A DNA stretch of 64,000 nucleotides from Octopus vulgaris (GCA_951406725.2 OX597818.1:32860001-32924000), one strand, 5' to 3'. Shown: positions 12,053-27,795, counted from the stretch's first letter. Program-made: numbers and translations. Notes: generated by a model not told the origin, from the sequence alone.

Positions 12053-12836
12053 AATCGAGGCACAGGTAAACTAAAACTACATCATGGCGTGTGCCTTTGC
12101 ATTCCTTCGAACGATAATACAAGATTTAAGAGAAATTTAGCTGCTTTTGCGAATGACCTGTTAGAGTAACTCTCGCTAGTTCGTTTGTGATTATGATGGT
12201 AGTTTGCAGTATTAGTAGTGGTGGTGATGGTAGTGGTGTTGGTGATGGTGGTGGTGGTGGTGGAATAATATTCCCGTGATAGGACATATGTAACAGTCAT
12301 TTTAGTTGAAATGTCGAGTTATTAACCATATCTTCATTAATCATGATTTCTATCAGTCTCTCACTCACGCCTCTTCTGTTCTCTTACCGACCTCTCCTTC
12401 TCCCTCCCGTAGTTCCGTGTCCAGTGGAGACATTAAAACTTGCTCTCTCAGCAGGCGTCAACGTACCCTCCCATTTTCTCCCATTCTCTCACCCTCTCTG
12501 TCGCCCTCTCTCACCCTCACTCTGTCACTCTTTCCCTCGCTCTGTTTGTCAATAGTAGCTTTTGTTTTACTTTCTTTTTCACAGAATCAACATCGAATAT
12601 CTAATACTGTTTTCACAGGCCATTAACGAAAATGGTTCATTTGGCAATGCCAAGTGTACACGTGCACTAGCATACATAGTTCTACATATACCTACATACA
12701 CACATATACACATACAGATATAAACACATACTCATTCACGTACACAAACGTGTGTATTTATTTATATGGATATGTGTGTCAATGTATATGTGTTTGTGCG
12801 TTTGTGGACATGACCATGCATAATTGAAAACATACA

Positions 12837-12896
<60 letters not shown>

Positions 12897-13171
12897 ATTG
12901 AACAAAGGGATGTAAGCAAGTAATGTCGCTATATATTCATGTATGCGTGTCTGTGCACACTCTCATATACATGCAATTCTTCCTAATAGCGAGTGTGTGT
13001 TTTCGCTAATGATGTGTTTCTGGACGCTTGAACAATTAAAATAGTTGATATGCATGTAATGTCATTCTATCTTTTATTGCGACATAAATATATCCATCTG
13101 TGTGAACCGGCAAAGCTAGACACCTGTTTAAATGTCTATAACTATGTGCCATTGAATTTTCATGGATAAAA

Positions 13172-13206
<35 letters not shown>

Positions 13207-13281
13207 TACACACATTCGTATGCACACATACACATGCACATACGTACATATGTGCATATAGACACACATACATATATATAT

Positions 13282-13342
<61 letters not shown>

Positions 13343-13351
13343 GTATATATA

Positions 13352-13385
<34 letters not shown>

Positions 13386-13553
13386 CATACATACATATAT
13401 ACATTCATATCTATTTAGTTAATCTACATATCTATCTATCTAGCTAGCTAGCTCTGTTTCTCTCTCTCTCTCTCTCAATATATATATATATATATACATA
13501 CATATACATGTATATATATATGTATATATGTATGTATATGTATATATATACAC

Positions 13554-13600
<47 letters not shown>

Positions 13601-13614
13601 CATACATACATACA

Positions 13615-13650
<36 letters not shown>

Positions 13651-15234
13651 TATATTCACATGCACACATGCACATAGATATATATACATATCGGGAGAGT
13701 GTGCATCTGATCAGGTATGCATGAATACGTTCACGCATGCTTAATGGGAAAAGACAAGAGGTTTGATACGCAGGTATTCCTTAATGCATGCTTATGTTTA
13801 TGTACGCGTGCACACTTGCATACGCACTTGCATATGGATAAATACTCAAATCACAGACGTGGCCTTGCAGTGACACACACAGACACGCAAAATGGAAGAA
13901 ATATAAGAGAAAAGAAACCTACTCTATTCAGACGCTGTATTTCCATATCAATCTGGCATATACCAATCTTCAGATTGGTATATGTCATGAAGATATTAAA
14001 CTTATGTTTATGGTGCAAAAGCTCTCCCCAAGGACTACAAAATGAAGCGCAATTTAATCCCGTACATGCTTTGAGGGAACTTGCATATGTACTTTGTGAT
14101 ACGCCTTCCAAAATGCTCTCCTTCTCTCTGCATTCCTCTCCCTCTGATTTTTCGCTCTATTTACATTTATTGGTCTTTATGGAGTATGTATGCGCGCAAT
14201 ATACATAGGTACACACACAACACACATATATCTATACATATATACACATATAAGCACTACACACGCATATTCATATATATAATAATATAAATAATATGTA
14301 TATATATACATATATACATACGTATTTGTACATACATCTATACGTATATGTATATAAAATTAAATAACAACGGTAGAAATTGATGTTAATCAATTTAAAC
14401 CAGTGTTTTAGCATATTAAAAAAAATATGATGATTAAACGTTGTGATACAAACACAATTTAGAAGAATGACCACTAAAGTGGACACCCTATATGCTAAAC
14501 ATAGAGGTCAAATCGCCATTACCACGAAGAATGTGTTCTCAAGAATTTTTTCTGGCTTTCCTCGTTTTTAGCTCTACGTGTTTTCTGTAGCGAGTAAATA
14601 ATATGTGGAAATTGACGATTTAAAAGTCTGTTATCAGCATATTGGCATAGAAATAATTTTCTTTAGCCCTTATATATAAGTTGTTTATAATTTTAACCTT
14701 AAAGGTATTTTAATATGCTGCCACATTTTTTGATGGAATTTTTTTCTGTAAAAAAGCTTCATCTTATATTAGTAGTATATATATATATGCATATGTGGGC
14801 ACAGGATGTCACGAAACGTGTACAACAAAAAATACGAAGTACGAGTGCATGGAATATGGATTATTTTTTCGAACAACGAAAGACACAAATGGAAAACAAG
14901 ACAAACAACATAAAGAACGATCCTTCATCAGTTGTTGGTTGTTTTTCTACTTTCGATTAACAGTTGCTCCCGCAAAAAAAAAAATTAAATAAAATTTGGG
15001 ATTTTGTGGAAGTAACACAAATAGGACAGTGAAAAACAAACAGGAAGGGCTGCTAAGACTAAACGAGGTTGTGGTGGCGAACGCGTAAATGAAGACTGGA
15101 AAGGAGACAGACAGGAACACGTCTTCCTTGTTCCAGCTACATCGGAGAGAAAGAAAGAAACTCAAGTTAGAAGGAGAAAGAAAGATGGCCGATGGTGGAG
15201 TGTATGCCACGCACCCGCTTCCAAGTAAGTTTTA

Positions 15235-15302
<68 letters not shown>

Positions 15303-15333
15303 ACACACAAGCACAACACACGCATATATATAA

Positions 15334-15466
15334 GAGCGACTGTGTGATAAGTAGCTTGTTAACCTGACACATGGGTTGGATTCAGTCCCATTGCCTGGTA
15401 CCTTGGGCAAGTGTCTTCTACTACTGTGAGTAGATTTGGTAAACGGAAACTGAAAGAAGCCCGTCG

Positions 15467-15497
<31 letters not shown>

Positions 15498-15723
15498 GTG
15501 TGTATGTGTGTATATGTTTGTGTCTGTTTGTCCCACCACCATCACTTGACGAGCGATATTGGGGCATGTACGTCCCCGTAACTTAGCGGTTCGGCAAATG
15601 AGACCGATATAGTAAATAAAAGGCTTACGAAGAATAAGTCCTGGGGTAGATTTGTTCGACGAAAAGTAGTGCTTCAGCATGACCACAGTCAAATCACTGA
15701 AACAAATAAAAGAATAAAAGAAT
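15334..15723 (+). mobile_element. SINE family A
   Basis: Collinear with 17081-17492, with one deletion; tail ends CTGAAACAAATAAAAGAATAAAAG. Confidence 0.88.
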
Positions 15724-16377
15724 ATGCACACACATATATATGTATAATGATATATATTTATCTATGTGTGTGTTTGTGTGTGTACGTTTGTGTGGGTTTG
15801 TGTCTGTGTATATCATATATATATATATATCTATATGGACATGCATATATTCATACATAAATACACATATACGTTCATATATCTATATATATATACTTAC
15901 GTACACACACAAACACGCATGTATTTGTATACACACGCATATGTATTTGTACACACACGCACACAACCACACGCATATAAAAAAAATAAGACTTAATGTG
16001 AAAAAGCACAGAAATCTTCTTTGTGTAGGTAAAGATCATTTAACACATTACAATATTTACAGAGTCGACCGGTTTCGCTTCGCTAATCGTGACTCAGTGT
16101 TATTAAATAATAATAAGTTTCTGATATAATCTTGCGTTGAAGCAAGTATGACAGTTTTGCAGTTATACAGGAGAGTATAGCTCAGAGGGAATAATCATTA
16201 AATATAAGTTTTTTTTTAACAAAAATTATAATCAGTGAATATAGTATTTCAAAGGGGAGGTAAATTTTATTTTCCCTTTTCTGGCTGTTTTTTTTTTTTA
16301 TTTGTGATGTCCATTAAATGTTCATGTCAATTTCTAGTTTGTATTTTTCAATAAATGTAGCCTCTTTATTTAGTCGT

Positions 16378-16510
16378 TGTTGAGCCGAGGTTGACTTTGC
16401 CTTTCATCCCTTCGGAGTCGATAAATTAAGTACCAGTTACGCACCGGGGTCGATTTAATCGACTCGCCTCCTTCCCCAAAATGTTGAACCTTGTGCCTGG
16501 ACTAGAAAAT
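16378..16510 (+). mobile_element. SINE family C, 5'-truncated, tail type 2
   Basis: GCCGAGGTTGACTTTGCCTTTCATCCC...TAAGTACCAG, then CCTTGTGCC...TAGAAA tail. Confidence 0.8.
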
Positions 16511-17039
16511 TATATATATATACATATACAGTTATGAAATTTGTCAAGTATAATGGAGGTCCTGTGTTCTATCGCCAAATTCAACAGAAGTAATATTTTG
16601 AAACCACGGGTGGAGCCATAAACTTCTGGATAAAATAGGGTAAAGAGAATCTGTACAGAATCGCATCAAATGGAATCTATCTGTAACTTATAGCCTTATA
16701 ACTTCGTCATACTGTTTTTGTCTCATTGTGGAAACTGATGGAAAACTGTCCATATGTATAGAATTATGGATGACTCACACACTTAGCTCTTAGTACCTTC
16801 AGTACCGTCAGCACAGCGGGCAACGAACCCTCTCTAAACATCGTGATCATCCCCTTTCCTCTTAACTCAACTCGTGGTGACCTCCATCCTGGGAAGTACC
16901 ACGTCACGTGTTTCTAAACTCTTCCATTTGCTCTTTTCTTTCCTTTCGGCATTCACTCCATCACGATGCTCAAATACTTTCAAACAAATGCGTACACGTA
17001 TTTGTGCGTTCTTTTATACATACAAATATATGTATGTAA

Positions 17040-17080
<41 letters not shown>

Positions 17081-17083
<3 letters not shown>

Positions 17084-17491
17084 GCAGGAGTGGCCGTGTG
17101 GTAAGTACCTTCTTACTTACCAACCACATGGTTCCGGGTTCAGTCCCACTGCGTGGCATTTTGGGCAAGTGTCTTCTAATATAGCCTCGGGCCGACCAAA
17201 GCCTTGTGAGTGGATTTGTACGCGGAAACTGAAAGAAGCCCGTCGTAAATATGTATATGTATATATGTGTGTGTGTGTGTGCTTGTGTATCTGTGCTTGT
17301 CCCCCCAACATCGCTTGACAATCGATGCTGTTGTGTTTACGTCCCCGTAACTAAGCGGTTCAGCAAAAGAGACCGATAGAATAAGTACTAGGCTTACAAA
17401 GAATAAGTCAGGGCGTCGATTTGCTCGACTAAAAGCGGTGCTCCAGCAAGGCCGCAGTCAAATGTCTGAAACAAGTAAAAGAGAGTAAAGA

Positions 17492-17492
<1 letters not shown>
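17081..17492 (+). mobile_element. SINE family A, full length (CORE-like)
   Basis: A box TGGCCGTGTGG, B box GGTTCAGTCC, CORE-like TTGGGCAAGTGTCTT, internal (TA)/(TG) tract, LINE-like 3' tail and short GTAAAAGA-type terminal repeats. Confidence 0.93.
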
Positions 17493-17533
<41 letters not shown>

Positions 17534-17561
17534 ATATATATATATTATATACATACATTTA

Positions 17562-17607
<46 letters not shown>

Positions 17608-18131
17608 TATGTATATATATATATACATGTGTGTGTGTATCTATGTAAATATATATTTTATATATATATGTATATGTGTGTGTTTGTGTATGGATATGTA
17701 TTTCAGTAAGTATATGTGTTTTTGTATGTTTGTGTGTGTGTGTGTGTTTATGTGCATGTTTTTGTATCTAAACTTTTCCCTGTCTTTCATTTATCTCTTT
17801 GTAACTCAAACAATAATCATGATCGATGTTCTGCTAGCAACCACAAAATTTATTTATTCCCATACACAATTCCGAACATGCAAAATTAGAATTCTAAACA
17901 CTAAATTTGCCATAATTATCATCGTAGCAAATGCACATTCAAATTATTCGTCATTGCGAATTTTTTCATGCTTTAATGAACTTTTGTGCATTTCAGGTGG
18001 TCTATGCATATGCAATTCGGAAAGAGCTATTTTACATATCATTTAGAAATGAAATGCACATGCAGTGTACAAGTGTACATACATACCTACATATATATAT
18101 ATGTATATATATATATATATGTATATATATG

Positions 18132-18162
<31 letters not shown>

Positions 18163-18189
18163 GTATGTATATATATATGTATATATATG

Positions 18190-18220
<31 letters not shown>

Positions 18221-18242
18221 GTATGTATATATATATGTATAG

Positions 18243-18277
<35 letters not shown>

Positions 18278-18315
18278 TGTATGTATGTCTGTATATATGT
18301 ATGTATGTATGTATG

Positions 18316-18349
<34 letters not shown>

Positions 18350-18597
18350 TGTATGTATGCATGTCTGTATATATATCATGAGAGATAATTTCCTCCCCAC
18401 GATAAGTGTGTGGGCTATTATGCACCAAACGCCTATATGAGAGGATTTCTCAAGGCTAATAATGCAGAATTCGCAGTTCTAAGAAGGCATCCATGTTTAG
18501 TTGGATATGTGTGTGTGTGTGTGTATTTATTTGTATTTATACATGTATATATTATATATTATATATTGACACATGTGTACGCGTGCATCGATATATA

Positions 18598-18661
<64 letters not shown>

Positions 18662-18800
18662 ATATATATCTACATGTATATGTATATATATATGTAATGT
18701 AAAACTGTACATGTATAAATTGACTCTTAGGTCTCTTTTTTGTCATATGAACCCTTACTTGATTACAATTTTTGTGTGTGTATGTGAGAGATGGAGAGAA

Positions 18801-18875
<75 letters not shown>

Positions 18876-20594
18876 TGTAGATAGAGAAAGACAGTCGGGA
18901 GGGCGAGACGGGGAAAGAGAGAGAAAGAGAAAGAAATGCAGTGAAAATTTATTGGTGTACATATTGATATAAGAAATGTTCTCTTGATCGATGAAAATTC
19001 TGGTTCCTCTGCAATGTTATCAAGAAGAATATGTAAGCTTTGATAATACTTAGAGTTATAAAATCATGCTTGTTGTTATTCCGCCTATTTCCTAAATGTT
19101 ATAAATGAAGCTGCGTACAGTTATATTTAATGCGCTCGCATGCACCGAAACACTGCAGAAAATATTCGAAAAGAACCAAAAAATGAAAAACTCTTTATAG
19201 ACATTATACGTGAAAACACCCGGCTGGGATATTAATGGCATTACCTGACTGTAAGTCACGTTTTCCTGTTTCATCAGCTATAGACACTGAATCTCTGATG
19301 TAATTTCTTATGCCTACACAGCGAATAGTGTAGTGAATTCTCAGTTGTATAACACTTCTTATATTTAACAGCGAATACTAAATTTTCTGTTGTATGCAAA
19401 GCTTTATCAAATTCGACTAACTTGGTGTTTTCGTAGGGATTTTTCTTCTGAGATAGTTATAGCAGTGAGTGTCGTTTTAAGTTTTACTATATTGAACGTG
19501 TTAAATATGAATGTAAGCAACTTTATGTCAATCATCATTGCTTACTGTGCAATTCCAATTTGTCAATGCTTTGCACACGCCAGCAAATTTATTATTGCTA
19601 TTTACATATAAGAACGGGAGTTCTTAGTGATCTATGAACGATACACAAGCACTAATTGTACAGTCCGATAAGGTTTTTCACGATGCAATCCGATATTTTC
19701 CCATATATTGTTTATAACGTGAATTTTCCTCATGAGACTGTGATTTTAGCAAAAGCTTTCACGCGAACACCTTAAATATAAAATTACCCAACTTTATTTC
19801 AATGACAGCTCTTTAGTGTGCTTTAAATGAATTATAATAATAATAGTATCATTCAGTTTGATATTGTTGCTTCCTCGCTGCAAGTCTATGTCTTATTGCC
19901 ATCGTAGTCGTTAAAACGTAGGATAGGATACACTGCACAATTTATTCCGGCATTCTGTGTACTGAGCTTAAATCCTACCAAAATCAACATTGTCGTCCAT
20001 CACTCCCAGGTCGAGAAATGAGGTTGAAGCTTCACACTCCATATTCAATGTCCGAAGGCAGGCAATAAACAAACACCTAATATGTTCTAAGTATATAGTC
20101 TACTGAGAAGATAAACTTAGGAGGCTGGTTAAGCATCTCTTGAAGATAACTTTATTTTCCAAAAGACGTTTTGTACCAAGCGATAAATACATAGCCAAGA
20201 AAAGAAAAAAGACAAAAACAAAAGCGAGTACTATGAGCGGACCAATTCGTGACTACGATAATTAGAAAATAATTCTACATAAAATAATAAGAACTATAAC
20301 ACTAATAAAAACTGTAATCGAAATAAAGCCTCACAACATTTAACCCAAACGTCAAGTCGTGTTGGAGATCTGAAGCAATCGTCGGTATTTGATTGGAAGT
20401 GTATTTCGTCAACGTCTCTTCTGAACTCAAATGACCCGAGAGAAATTTGGTCACGACATGGTGTTTGTCACATGTAAGAAAAATACAACAAGGCTTGTCT
20501 TTGTGAATTTGTCTTGTGCAGAGTAGCAAGCCAAGAAAGTATATTATAAGAACATCTGGCAGGTTCCTTGAAATCCGATTATACATAAATGTAT

Positions 20595-20630
<36 letters not shown>

Positions 20631-20781
20631 ACACACATATATAACAAAGTCAAGCACACTCACACACATATCACAAAGTCATGCACACACTTCTATGATC
20701 ATACATACACGCGTTCTATTTTATGTGAATAAAACTGTAAGTATACGTGTGTTTATATGTATATAATTATGTATAAGCGTA

Positions 20782-20819
<38 letters not shown>

Positions 20820-20870
20820 ATATGATTGCAGAGTTCTACAGTTTTATCCGTTTATGTCAAGTATGTTCTG

Positions 20871-20922
20871 CTGATGGTGATGGTGGTGGTGGTGGTGGTG
20901 GTGGTGGTGGTGGTGGTGGTGG

Positions 20923-21003
<81 letters not shown>

Positions 21004-21049
21004 CGACGACGACGACGACGACGACGACGATAGTGATGACGATGACGAT
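20871..21049. repeat. Compound (GGT)n-(GAT)n-(GAC)n microsatellite
   Basis: Directly visible; source of the poly-G/D, poly-V/M/T and poly-I ORFs. Confidence 0.95.
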
Positions 21050-21643
21050 GGGGCGCCGGCGGTGGTGGTGGTAGTGATGGTGGTGGCCGCGGCCGTTTAG
21101 CGGAAATGTTAATCGCAATGATAAATGAAGTCTGTCATTACTGTTGTATCGAAATTTGCAGCCAGCCAAAAGAAGGACGGTCGACCAAACACTCTACACT
21201 GTATATATATATATATATATATATAATCATTTGATAACAACCCCTTCAATTGAATGACTGATTTTATATCCCTGCCAATTGCTTTTTATTTCATGCATTT
21301 CTCTTATAACATGTGTACAGGTATGTTCTCGTTCTCTTTGTTCTCGTCGATGTCATGGTTATTGCTATTGTTGTCTGTGATGTTCTTGTTGTTGTTGTCG
21401 TTATCGTCATTGTTGTTGTTGTTTGACCCCTACCCCATCGTCCCCGTCCAAAAGGACCTAAAATAGAAAGTATTCAAGCCACCAAGCAGGCTTTCAGACC
21501 GCCATGTCATTTAACTACAACCGTGACAAGAGGAGAAAGAACTTTGGTAAACTGAAGCTCGGAGAGTCATATTTACGGATGTATGTGACACACACTGTGC
21601 CAGTTCTCTCAATAGAAAATTCTAATGTGAAAAAATATATATA

Positions 21644-21750
21644 GGCGCAGGAGTGGCTGTGTGGTAAGTAGCTTGCTTACCAACCACATGGTTCCGGGTT
21701 CATTTCCACTGCGTGGCACCTTGGGCAAGTGTCTTCTACTATATCCTCGG
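21644..21750 (+). mobile_element. SINE family A, 3'-truncated
   Basis: Consensus-like head ending abruptly at CCTCGG. Confidence 0.9.
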
Positions 21751-21907
21751 GTGTTGGCATTTCGGAGGATTGAAAATGGATACTCAAAATTATTTAGGTC
21801 TCATTGTGTTTTGCTTTACGTTTATTTTGTTTTATTATTTTTGATGATTTAACTACGCCTTGATGTCTATATGATAACAGATTATCTTTATTTTACTAGA
21901 GGTAGTT
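21750..21907 (+). repeat. 158-bp direct repeat, copy 1
   Basis: Near-identical to 23172-23329. Confidence 0.92.
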
Positions 21908-22511
21908 ATGGGAGTATAAGAGTATGCAAAAATGCTAAGTATATTTTTAGCTAAAAATGTTTCATTCTTTAAAAAAAATTTATATTTCTTTTTTCTTTTT
22001 TTTCAGTATCTGTTATTCTGTATACAACTTTTAAATGATTCTAATGTGTTAGCGTATCTCAAGTAACGTTTTTAGGAAGTGAGTATTAAATTGTTGTTGC
22101 ATTCGTATGTAAAAATAATACTTATAAGAAAAAAATATAACAAAATGGCGCGATGTCAAAACACTTAGCGTGTATAACAGATAAGAGATGTCTTGTTGCC
22201 GGTTTATATTTTAAATGCTGAATTGTGTAGAAAGATGAGGTGACAGGACTAGGGAGATATTCAGACAAACAGAGAGAGAGAGAGAGACAAGTAACTGGCT
22301 ATTTGGGTAGCTGGACGGGATTTGTAGATAAGTATTTGGTTAGGAACATTGAAAGGTGGGCACATAGTTTAATCGATTAGTAGACAGAGGAATATCTAGG
22401 TATGAAGATAAATAAAGGAAGAGATAGATAAATAGACAGACTGACAGACAGATAAATAGATAGACTGATATATATATATATATATAGATAGATAGATAGA
22501 TAGATAGATAT

Positions 22512-22572
<61 letters not shown>

Positions 22573-22614
22573 GTAAATAGAATGAGTAGCACATAGAAAG
22601 AAAGAAGGAGAGAG

Positions 22615-22651
<37 letters not shown>

Positions 22652-23171
22652 AGGAAAGAGGACAGGATTTTAGAATAGTAATGTTTTACTATTGATAAAT
22701 TGACAAATACACTGGGTGGTATGAGAGACCTGTATTCATTTTTTTATATCATTGTTCAACGTATTCAAAATTTTTGGGTGTTCTTTGAAAGAGATTTGAC
22801 TTTTATTTTTAGCAGTCATGCGACCACGTAGAGATTCGTGGCGTACGAAGTAACATGCAAAAGCAAAAGTCTGACTCTTTTGATATATCTATTAGGAGAT
22901 CTGATATATCTCTTTTGATATATTTATTAGGAGATCTGATCCCGTTCCCCATACAACCGGCTAGTTTACCAGCTGCCAGGTAGGCATTCCCTTCATATTT
23001 CCCATGTTCATATTTCAAACGATCAAACAATAAGGAAAACTAAAACAGAACAATGAGATATCATTTACGTAAGCATATTTGCTTTCATACACATGTAACT
23101 TCACGTAAGTGAGCTAAACCACCCACGAATATAACAAAAGAATATATCTAATAAGCTCTATATCAGATAAT

Positions 23172-23329
23172 GGTGTTGGCATTTCGGAGGATTGAAAATG
23201 GATACTCAAAATTATTTAGGTGTCATTGTGGTTTGCTTTACGTTTATTTTGTTTTATTATTTTTGAGGATTTAACTACGCCTTGATGTCTATATGATAAC
23301 AGATTATCTTCATTTTACTAGAGGTAGTT
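23172..23329 (+). repeat. 158-bp direct repeat, copy 2
   Basis: GGTGTTGGCATTTCGGAGG...TTTTACTAGAGGTAGTT, only a few differences from copy 1. Confidence 0.92.
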
Positions 23330-25291
23330 GCGAAAGACAGGAAATAATAAAAGTGATTACACGTTGAAACATTTCTTATATATAATATCTATTCTAGATT
23401 CGAAAATATAGTTGCTTTCGCTTTTGTGTTATATTTCTCATAGATCAGTTCACTTTTTGAAGATATCTAAATGGGCGGTTGTAAATCAAATGGCTCATTT
23501 ATTTTATTAGTTTTTTTTTTTATCAAGAAAGATGGATTGTATTCATGGCTGTCATAGGAACCGTATGACTCATGACGTCAAGAAAATCACCACTGAAAAT
23601 GTTGGCTTTATTTAATGCATACATGCAGAATTATTCTGACGAAGCACAGTATTTTCCAACTGGAAAATATTCTACTATTTAAACTCAGCATTATAATTTC
23701 AAAAAGCTGCGTTCACTTTTTCTCATTGGTAAACTTATCTGTTTTAAATGTTTACAACTGTCTGAGATGGGTAGTCCAGAATAAAGCAACTTACTAGCAG
23801 ATATTGATTCGGTCGCAACACTGAAAAAAGCAAAAATTATTGGACAACCTAACAGAAAAGTACACGAGAACAAGTGGCTGGCATGCTGTCACCAGCGATT
23901 CGATGTTTATATTTTTAGTAATGATTTATCACAAATGGAAGGGCAGATACTGTGGTCTTTGCAAGTCCTAACTGGTGAATCACTAGAACTTTAAACACCT
24001 GTCAGAAGATATCAAAATGAATTGTAGAAAGTTGTATTTATTAGGGAGACCAAGTTAGGAAAAGGAACATATATAAGTGCGATATACAGTTATTTCAGGA
24101 ACAAAAGATACTCCACTAACGATCGGCGAAGCCGGGAGATGAAACAACTATGTGTACTAGACATAGTTATTAATGATGCATCATGGTGTGTGTATATATA
24201 TCAATCAACCGAATAGTTTTCCCACAACTATTGTTTAGGGTGTGTATGAGTCTGTTCGCAGCAGCTTGTACCCAAAAGAAGAGCAACATACCAACAGCGG
24301 TTTATCCGTAAGTTTTAAGATCAGCAACTAATCTGGCCCGAAATACGTTCTGACAAAATGATAAAAAAAGAGTAAAAGTTATGGTAAACATTTGGTTTTC
24401 GTAGCATCGTAAAGACGTTTAGAGATTTAATTGTGTATTCTCAGAGTGGATGCGATACAAAACTGTTTCTTGTATATAATACGATTTTGAATTCGAGGTT
24501 TTGTATGATGCAATTTTATATATCCTCGTTGGAGATGTTTTGGGAGTATTTGTTTATTGAGAGAGCGCAGATCTTGTGTGAAATATTTCTTGTCAGGTCT
24601 GAATGATACATCTGTGCAGTCAGGGCTTGCAGTGATATCATCTACATACGGTTATGAATTAATAGAAGAGAGAGCGAGCACGCCGTTAATATGCAGAAGG
24701 AATATTGGGTCACATATAACGGAGATATTAGAGACTGGAAAGAAATGAGCCACGATAGAGCAGCCTCAATACAGCCCCTACATGACAAATGTGGTCTTTT
24801 TTTCTCGGAAAACTATGTCCCTTGACAGCAGGAGTTAAGTACGAAAATTGTTGTGCTAATGATTCATCGTAAGGTAAAAGCACCTGTCACCGACTGTCCA
24901 CTTATCTCCAGACAATGTGACAGTTCTTTTCCTTAATTGCATATCAACTTTGTGGAATTCTTCCTCTTTCAGATTATTTTAACTTCTCGTACGGAGCTGA
25001 TCTCATTTGCCGTTTACGAATTGTAACATACCCTCTACAGATGCGGGAATAGTTTTTATAAATAAAGAATTTTATGCTATTTGATATGTATATTCATATA
25101 TACATATGTATGTATATGCATATGTGTGTGCATGTATGTATATATATATATATATGGATATAAATATATGCACATATTGATAAATACACATAAACAGACA
25201 CACACACATATATATGTATATATATATATACATATATATACATACATACACGCATAAATATATGCATATATTGATAAATACACATAAGCAG

Positions 25292-25328
<37 letters not shown>

Positions 25329-26026
25329 CATACACACACACATTTTTATGCCAACGTATATATGTATAACTAGACATAATTCAATGGTACTGTTACTTGA
25401 AATGTTATTTTGGCTAGACTAAACAAAAAAGTCACAATTTATATAATCTGGTTCCAACAACATCGTATGAATTAGCTTAGCTTTCATAGAAGAATTCACA
25501 TTGAGATGCTACATGCCTTCGATTTCGCAGCCTGACTCTTTTAAAGCAAACCATTTTTCTTTCTTTCGTTTCCTGTTGTAAGTATTGTTAATATGCATTT
25601 GGAACGGAAGTGTAGCGGATCGAGTTTTAATACTACGAGCTTAAATGTTATTTGGTTTCCTGATACAAATTCATATATGTTAGATATTGTTTCAACAGAT
25701 GTAAATGTTAGTGATACAAAATATGTCTCTCTTCTCAAATATTCCGTGTAATATATCCGAATTTCGTTATAGAATTTTTTGTTTTTTAATCGGGTTTATA
25801 TTTTGTTGATTTTATATAAAAATGTATTAACATCAACACATACCCACGCATTTTTGCACACTACTTCTGAATAATATTAAGCTCACACAAGCACCTGCAA
25901 AATGTAATATATCATATTATACAAATGCACACATTGACACGCACACATACATACATACATACACAAACATATGTATATACATGTAAATATTTAGATACGC
26001 ACACGCACAAACATATGTATGTATAA

Positions 26027-26071
<45 letters not shown>

Positions 26072-26088
26072 CAGAGAGACAGACAGAC

Positions 26089-26199
<111 letters not shown>

Positions 26200-26216
26200 C
26201 AGAGAGACAGACAGAC

Positions 26217-26311
<95 letters not shown>

Positions 26312-26540
26312 ATGCACTCACCCGGTATGCGCTATAGTTTTCTGACCCCACAAATGGGACTTTATTTCTTTTTCTTTGTGAATCAAGATGTTTCATTTAA
26401 TATCCAATATAATCTGGTGTTCAAACTCTGAATAGCTAAATCAATCATTATTTGACCCCAGGATGTATTGCTTCTCATAAAAGACGATTCGATGTTGGCG
26501 TTTATTTCTATGTTTTGACATTAGCGTATATAGCACACAA

Positions 26541-27134
26541 TAATCTTTTCTACTATAGGCACAAGGCCTGAAATTTTAGGGCGGGGACTAATCGATTACA
26601 TCGACCCCAGTATTTGACTGGTACTTAATTTATCGACCCCGAAAAGATCAAAAGCAAAGTCGACCTCAGCGGTATTTGAACTCAGAACGTAGCGGCAGAC
26701 GAAATACCGATAAGCATTTAGCTTAGTGTGCTAACGATTCTTTTCTACTCTAGGCACAAGGCCCGAAATTTCGGGGGATGGGTCCAGTTGAGTAGATAGA
26801 CTCCAGTACGAAACTGTTAGTTAATTTATCGACTCCGAAAGGATGAAAGACAATGTCGAAATCGGCGGAATTTGAACTCAGAACGTAAAGACAGACAAGT
26901 ACCTATTTCTTTACTACCCACAAGGGGCTAAACACAGAGTGGACAAACAAGAACAGACAAACGGATTAAGTCGATTATATCGACCCCAGTGCGTAACTGG
27001 TACTTATTTAATCGACCCCGAAAGGATGAAAGGCAAAGTCCACCTCGGCGGAATTTGAACTCAGATCGTAGCGGCAGACGAAATACCGCTAAGCATTTCG
27101 CCCGGCGTGCTAACGATTCTGCCAGCTCGCCGCC
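26541..27134 (-). mobile_element. SINE family C multimer (three bodies, mixed tails)
   Basis: Three AAAGTCGACCTCGGCGGAATTTGAACTCAG-like blocks, with the head at the right end. Confidence 0.92.
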
Positions 27135-27795
27135 TTATATAAAACACAATAATGAAATGTATTTCGTAACTTGTTTTGTTCTTTTTTTTTTTACTAAGAT
27201 ATTGAGAGAAAACTAGCACATTTATAAAAATATCAAGACAATTTGATTCAAATGCATGATTTATATAGATATGTAATGGATTTGGATGTACCCTACTCTG
27301 TAATCGGTAACGCGGTCTTCCGCCGAGTAATATTCCGCCAAAGGATTGGCATTTCTGTATATTGTCTCGTCTCTTATAAATGTATGTGTGTATGTACATG
27401 GTCGAATGTAATAATGCATTATCTGCATGTCTGTGTGTGTATGTTAGTGTGTATGTGTGTATGCGCACGCGAACGTGTGTGTGTTTCTGTAAACAACGAA
27501 AGTGAGCAAAGTGAAATATCTCAGTTTTCCCCTGCATGAATTTGAACGACTAACACAGATGATAGTATATTATATAACATGCTAGATTAATTTCTGGTAA
27601 ATGAAATTATCTCTGCTTGAAGAGAAGGTAAAACAATGGCCTGGTGGGAATTGAGAATAACTACGAATTTGAATGGGAGGTGAAATCGAGAATCAAGAGT
27701 TCTCCAGCGTTGGCATGCCATTGAGGAAAGGACAATCTGATTGTACAGAGACAACCAGTGACACGTGTTTCTGCCTCAGTATAGCCATTAGATGT

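Noticed and set aside
14915-14958. Minus-strand GAAA...CUGAUGA (permuted hammerhead?)
   Set aside because: No stem I or stem III pairing; at best a decayed repeat end.
16060-16080. Minus-strand CGAAACCGGUC, resembling the 3' half of a Penelope-type hammerhead
   Set aside because: No matching CUGANGA with a complementary stem I found nearby.
17081-17160. tRNA gene-like A and B boxes
   Set aside because: They are SINE heads continuing into SINE bodies; no complete cloverleaf.
21751-23329. LTR/TRIM interpretation of the 158-bp direct repeats (start TGTTGG)
   Set aside because: No CA end, primer-binding site, polypurine tract or target-site duplication seen.
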